Positions 17,301 to 20,000 of a DNA stretch of 20,000 nucleotides are shown here, piece by piece. Made by a program: the position numbers and the translations under genes. A model generated the notes under the pieces. The model did not search any database and was not told where the DNA came from. It saw only the letters and a program-made list of their open reading frames with translations. This DNA comes from an uncultured virus (IMG/VR IMGVR_UViG_2540341247_000004) (Duplodnaviria; Heunggongvirae; Uroviricota; Caudoviricetes), in IMG/VR virus record IMGVR_UViG_2540341247_000004; one strand, written 5' to 3'. Position 1 is the first letter of the stretch; every line of letters starts with the position of its first letter.

Positions 17301-18087
17301 TGCAGAGGTTCAAGAAATGGGGCGACCCGAAGCTGATAATGCGAAACGGATCACTACTTCGGTCAGACGACTGATCCCCGTTGAAACCGAAAGGCTGCAA
17401 GGTTTCCCTGACGGTTACACCCTTGTCCCAGTGGCCGGGAAACTGGCCGCAGACGGCCCCCGCTACAAGCAGCTGGGCAATAGCTGGCCGGTGGCCGTGG
17501 TCAACTGGATCGGCCAGCGGATCGACCGCGCTGTGAACAAACTCCCAAGAAACCTTCACCCTTTCACCCGAGGATTACGCATGGCTGACCGCACCGTAGA
17601 AAAAGGCGAGGCTCACAATCTCAACTCATTCATAACCGAACCACGGCCCGCTGCCTTCTGGGATCACTTCTTTCTTACCATGGCCGATCACACCGCAACT
17701 GCTTCGAAAGACCCCAGCACGAAGGTTGGCTGCGTCCTGGTCGATGACAGGCGGCGCGTGATCGGCGTTGGCTACAACGGCTTCCCTCGGGGCGTCCTGG
17801 ACCTCCCAGCACGGTATGCCGACCGCCCGACCAAATACCTCATGGTCCAGCATGCGGAAGCAAACGCGGTCCTTCAAGCAACCATCTCGACCCATGGGGC
17901 GACCGCTTTCGTGACCCATCCGCCTTGCGCAAACTGTGCCGGAATTCTGATTCAGGCTGGCATCAAGCGAGTAGTCACGCGGCACCCAGCGCCGGATCTC
18001 GCGGATCGGTTCAAGGACTCCTTCGACGCCGCTACTCAGATGTTTCTGGAAGCCGGAGTCTACCAGCGTTTCATTCGGCATCCCTGA
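14377..18087 (+). CDS. DNA (cytosine-5) methyltransferase with intein and long variable region, in frame with a C-terminal dCMP deaminase (1236 aa as assembled)
   Basis: Motif I FGSVCSGIEA, IV GGTP/CQ (split by the intein), VI ENVPG, VIII QRRARLFVV, IX RRLIPVETERLQGFP and X RYKQLGNSW; deaminase motifs follow. Confidence 0.92.
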   Translation: MRFGSVCSGIEAASVAFAPLGWEAAWLAETDLAASAVLSHRYGATAPRFPVSEKDAKRAAKIEWGDRVTNWGDMTRIPDLVRSGEAEAPDVLCGGTPCFPAGALVSTPKGFKEIQTIRPGDIVLTHEGRYRKVLRTGSKFATNTVCITGQGHHGLNSTSNHPFLTRQRTFSSTRKNGKAVALTGVTHLQWTDAADLKGHHWAALERYPEHPIMSPEAVGRETPVPGMCEALAWLAGAYVGDGWTRINDRRGYVLYGVNDSKAELIRKTLSDYGLTHSESRERTTLRIQISSRPLARWMVTNFGSGSEGKELPTWLFGADEGIRRAFFEGYAAMDGTKIRLGHRIVTVSRKLALGTKILANTLGMAASVRLVEPTRNKCFIEGREVREKAYYTVSTSTSSRTSFSDGKYRFGCVRSVTPSKPCMVYNLEVEEDHTYLVDGIVVHNCQSYSIAGRRKGLGDERGQLTLKFVEIADEIDNARARLGLQPCIVFWENVPGVLTDAGNAFGNYLADLAGDDQALEPGPRPEHGRSSTHWSWKKDAGEHRPKWSNAGIIVGPKRTVAWRVMDAQYFGLAQRRARLFVVASAGMGIHPDEILLEFDRMRRDTQPRRPTGEDLARSAVERAFESGDWHRGLHPSLAQSHSTGGIGQSNQELFSQRGAGLVAVPGADMGHGGIEPDVFRLVAFGDYRHDSKSSSLNARDHKYVTDIVLHHGQPVTSPGDVLAFDTTQITSPANFSRPQPGDPCHPLAAGAHAPAICFTSKDHGQDATEEMAPTMRAMSHGASHANGGGQLAVAFTERGRPEGRTVEVNGDLAYALLAPTGGSRSQEKMVATKGAPNADAHETDTAQILRELRECVGEEAFARWGTGIVASLFSPEVLQSWLHGKKFLTTPKDGRPFLDDCALPRAQDLPGGVLQNLWLDGPHGCSSQGRRLAEQLTKQFGETLQIMPQQAASVGFDLHYMPEKGEGPRVLPEALAEVQEMGRPEADNAKRITTSVRRLIPVETERLQGFPDGYTLVPVAGKLAADGPRYKQLGNSWPVAVVNWIGQRIDRAVNKLPRNLHPFTRGLRMADRTVEKGEAHNLNSFITEPRPAAFWDHFFLTMADHTATASKDPSTKVGCVLVDDRRRVIGVGYNGFPRGVLDLPARYADRPTKYLMVQHAEANAVLQATISTHGATAFVTHPPCANCAGILIQAGIKRVVTRHPAPDLADRFKDSFDAATQMFLEAGVYQRFIRHP
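14668..15708 (+). mobile_element. Intein with LAGLIDADG homing endonuclease (347 aa, residues 98-444)
   Basis: Begins CFPAGALV; block B TSNHPF; LAGAYVGDG and FEGYAAMDG; block F VYNLEVEEDHTY; ends VVHN followed by Cys. Removal restores GGTPCQSYSIAG. Confidence 0.95.
15794..16399 (+). CDS. Nested +1-frame ORF, M.EcoHK31I beta-polypeptide-like (201 aa)
   Basis: Stop-free across MTase motifs VI-VIII; GESWMPN...CLLSQVLE...KYFLS..AC.GIL.RA.RRGK.LP resembles the alternative-frame beta subunit type (recalled similarity, not searched). Confidence 0.7.
   Translation: MKSTTPAQDSASNLALSSGKTCPESSPMPEMPSETTLRISPATTRLLSRGRDLNMDGPLPIGAGKKTPVSIARSGQTLVLLLDPSGQSHGESWMPNISVWPNDARVCLLSQVLEWGYIPTKYFLSSTACAGILSRADRRGKTLPDLLLNALLKAATGIEDSTPVSRNPTAQVVSDSQIKNCSHSAARDSWPSPVLIWATAA
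16886..17374 (+). CDS. Nested +1-frame HNH endonuclease with zinc fingers; in-frame TAG at 17237-17239
   Basis: AAGGAG at 16874-16879 then ATG 16886; CENC..KFCNRGC; CKIC...DVHHKDEDWQNNSPSNLVRLCRSCHNKQH. After the TAG the frame continues CTIC..AKGHGFCPKHLQRFKKWGDP to TGA at 17372-17374. Confidence 0.85.
17581..18087 (+). CDS. dCMP deaminase domain with its own internal start (168 aa)
   Basis: GAGGA at 17570-17574 then ATG 17581; SKDPSTKVG, GYNGFPRG, HAEANA and PCANC zinc-deaminase motifs. Confidence 0.88.
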   Translation: MADRTVEKGEAHNLNSFITEPRPAAFWDHFFLTMADHTATASKDPSTKVGCVLVDDRRRVIGVGYNGFPRGVLDLPARYADRPTKYLMVQHAEANAVLQATISTHGATAFVTHPPCANCAGILIQAGIKRVVTRHPAPDLADRFKDSFDAATQMFLEAGVYQRFIRHP

Positions 18088-18495
18088 TCGAATTGAACCA
18101 CTCTGCTAGGGCGACCTCACCACCGATGGTCGCCCTGACAAACGCCCGGTCGCCGCACGGATTACCTGCGATCTGCTTGACCTGGGCCACCCTCAAGTCC
18201 CGATAGTCCCTGCGCCCGCCGTCCGGTCTCACGCCGAACGGTTCGGCCGCGAGACTGACCGCGCCCCTGCCCTCGGGCTTGAACATGCGGATCCGATACC
18301 CATTCTTCCTGTGACCCAACCGGGGCGAACCTGGCGTTCAAGCAATAGCCCGACGAACGGTTCACGGTAGCAGATGGCGCTGATGTCATCGACAAAGGCC
18401 GCGTGATTAGGCGGCAGATCGGCAACTGCAACCGTGCCCTGATCGGCAGAAGCGACCGATGCCACGGCGAGGAAATAGAACACAGCGGATTTCAT
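18071..18495 (-). pseudogene. Probable exported protein gene, apparently frameshifted near 18305-18320 (real change or sequencing error)
   Basis: GGAG RBS and signal-peptide-like MKSAVFYFLAVASVASA. ORFs 18229-18495 and 18071-18319 overlap in adjacent frames and would join into a protein of about 140 aa. Confidence 0.45.
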
Positions 18496-18568
18496 AACTC
18501 ACTCCAACCAATGGTAGTGTCGATATGATCGGGCATATGGGAATCAAGGCAAAGCATTGTCTCGTAAA

Positions 18569-18670
18569 CAGTTCGTCCCAGAAAGTCCCCTTGTTTGTCC
18601 CAGTTCGTCCCAGTAATTATTAATTGTTAGGCACGGTCTTAGGCACGGTTGATTTTCAAGTCCTTGTAAT
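18569..18670. promoter_or_regulatory. att arm region: candidate excisionase, integrase-arm and IHF binding sites
   Basis: CAGTTCGTCCCAG at 18569-18581 and 18601-18613, GTTTGTCCCAG at 18593-18603, TTAGGCACGGT at 18627-18637 and 18639-18649, IHF-like CAAGTCCTTGTAA at 18657-18669. Confidence 0.7.
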
Positions 18671-18688
18671 CATTGAGGATGTGATAGT

Positions 18689-18702
18689 TGCTAGCCCGAC
18701 CA
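18689..18702 (+). other. attR core: duplicated tRNA 3' end TGCTAGCCCGACCA (tRNA-Pro-like)
   Basis: Ends in CCGACCA as bacterial tRNA-Pro genes do; no T-arm or rest of a cloverleaf upstream; sits at the phage/host boundary. Confidence 0.7.
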
Positions 18703-18804
18703 TGAACACCCTCCCCCACACCCCTCCTGATCCTTGCCTTGGCCGTTTGCCCTTGCAAACCGGCGGATTGTCCGGAAAACATGACACAAATTCGGGGGAT
18801 GGGA

Positions 18805-19886
18805 ATGACAGGGGTTCTGGCAAGCCAACAGATCGAAGACCTGTGCGCCAGCGGCGCGATCCAGCTGGATCGGCCCTTTTGCGAGGGACAGGTGCAACCC
18901 GCCAGCCTGGATCTGCCGCTGGGCGCTGTGGCCTTTCGCGTGCGGGCCTCCTTTCTTGCGGGGGCACGGGCGCCGCGTCACCGACCGGCTGGACCGGTTC
19001 GAGATGCACCGCATCGACCTGACCCAGGGTGCCGTGCTGGAAAAGGGCTGCGTCTATCTTGTGCCGCTGATGGAATCCCTGGACCTGCCGCACGACATCC
19101 ACGCCGTCGCCAATGCCAAAAGCTCGACCGGGCGGCTGGATCTGCTCACCCGCGTCGTCAGCGACGGCGGGGTCGAGTTCGACCGCATTCCCGCAGGCTA
19201 TACCGGCCCGCTTTACGCCGAGATCTGCCCGCGGTCGTTCTCGGTGCTGGTGCGCCCCGGCATGCGGCTGAACCAGATCCGGTTCCGGCAGGGGCAGGCC
19301 GTGCTGGATGACGCCCGCGCTGACCGCGCTGCACGCCGACCAGCGGCTGGTCGATGGCGAGGCCGTCATTCAGGATGGTCTTGGCTTTTCGGTGGACTTG
19401 ACGCCGGGTCCGCGGCGGACTGGTGGGCTATCGTGCCAAGCCCCACACCGGGGTGATCGATCTGGACCGGATCGGGGCCTATGACCCGGCGGATTTCTGG
19501 GAAGAAGTGATCACCCGCGATGAACTGATCATCCTCGATCCGGGCGCCTTCTATATCCTGGTCAGCCGCGAGGCGGTGCACATCCCGCCCGACCACGCCG
19601 CCGAGATGGCCCCTTACATCGCGATGGTGGGCGAGTTCCGGGTGCATTACGCCGGGTTTTTCGACCCCGGGTTCGGCCATGACGCGGCGGGCGGTGCCGG
19701 GTCGCGCGGCGCGTGCTCGAGGTGCGGTGCCACGAAGCGCCCTTCGTGCTGGAACACGGGCAGATCGTGGGCAGGCTGGTGTACGAGCGGATGTCACAGG
19801 TGCCCAGGCAGGTCTACGGGGCCGGAATCGCCTCGAATTACCAGGGCCAGGGGCTGAAACTGTCCAAGCATTTCCGCGCGCCCTGA
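18805..19886 (+). pseudogene. dcd: Host 2'-deoxycytidine 5'-triphosphate deaminase, alphaproteobacterial long form, with about 4 apparent frameshifts
   Basis: QVQPASLDL, ANAKSSTGRLDLLTR, GYRAKPHTG, GEFRVHYAGFFDPGFG, VLEVRCHEAPF and SNYQGQGLKLSKHF occur in order but change frame near 18965, 19315, 19410 and 19710. Probably an intact gene with consensus errors. Confidence 0.85.
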
Positions 19887-19907
19887 ACGGGTCGGAAAAT
19901 TACCGGG

Positions 19908-20000
19908 TCAGAACTTGCCCATGCGACGGCTCACCCGCGCGGCCTTGCGCGCGGTCTGCGCCGCCTGCTTGCCCTTGCGGGCCTGCTGACGTTCCGCTTG
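19908..20000 (-). CDS. 3' end of a small basic host hypothetical protein (partial)
   Basis: Reads QAERQQARKGKQAAQTARKAARVSRRMGKF-stop, convergent with dcd, with GC3-biased codons. Confidence 0.55.
   Translation of the reverse strand, partial: QAERQQARKGKQAAQTARKAARVSRRMGKF

Larger units (their letters stand above)
1..18702. mobile_element. Integrated prophage, right portion (cos region, replication module, repressor, methyltransferase) ending at attR
   Basis: Contiguous phage replication genes, a lambda-like cos candidate, and an att-like region ending in a tRNA 3' remnant at 18689-18702, followed by a GC-richer host housekeeping gene. No integrase or structural genes lie in the window. Confidence 0.9.

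Noticed and set aside
16860..17380. Group I intron around the HNH
   Set aside because: The insert is almost entirely the ORF itself, no P/Q/R/S core is recognisable by eye, and the host frame is open. A covariance-model search would be needed to exclude it formally.
18620..18702. Complete tRNA gene
   Set aside because: Only the last 14 or so bases look like tRNA; there is no GTTCRA T-loop or cloverleaf upstream.

Overview
Positions 1 to about 18702 are the right-hand part of a temperate phage integrated in an alphaproteobacterial (Rhodobacteraceae-like) chromosome. It ends at a tRNA-Pro-like 3' remnant (attR) directly upstream of a host dCTP deaminase (dcd) gene that carries about four frameshifts. 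In order, the prophage part holds: a terminator; a 21-copy 38-40 bp tandem array; a lambda-like cos candidate; a TGTTACA-repeat origin candidate; a primase-polymerase/PriCT-2/VapE gene with an HTH gene on the minus strand; a rightward replication operon (DUF2800-like nuclease, DUF2815-like SSB, DEDDh exonuclease, family-B-like DNA polymerase, VRR-NUC, SNF2 helicase); and an XRE repressor-like gene. The most unusual locus is the 3.7 kb C5 DNA methyltransferase ORF (14377-18087). It contains a LAGLIDADG intein placed at the catalytic Cys, an EcoHK31I-beta-like polypeptide in the +1 frame, several TRD-like modules, a complete HNH/zinc-finger endonuclease gene nested in the +1 frame without breaking the MTase frame, and an in-frame dCMP deaminase with its own RBS. 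All family assignments come from motifs read by eye; no searches were run.
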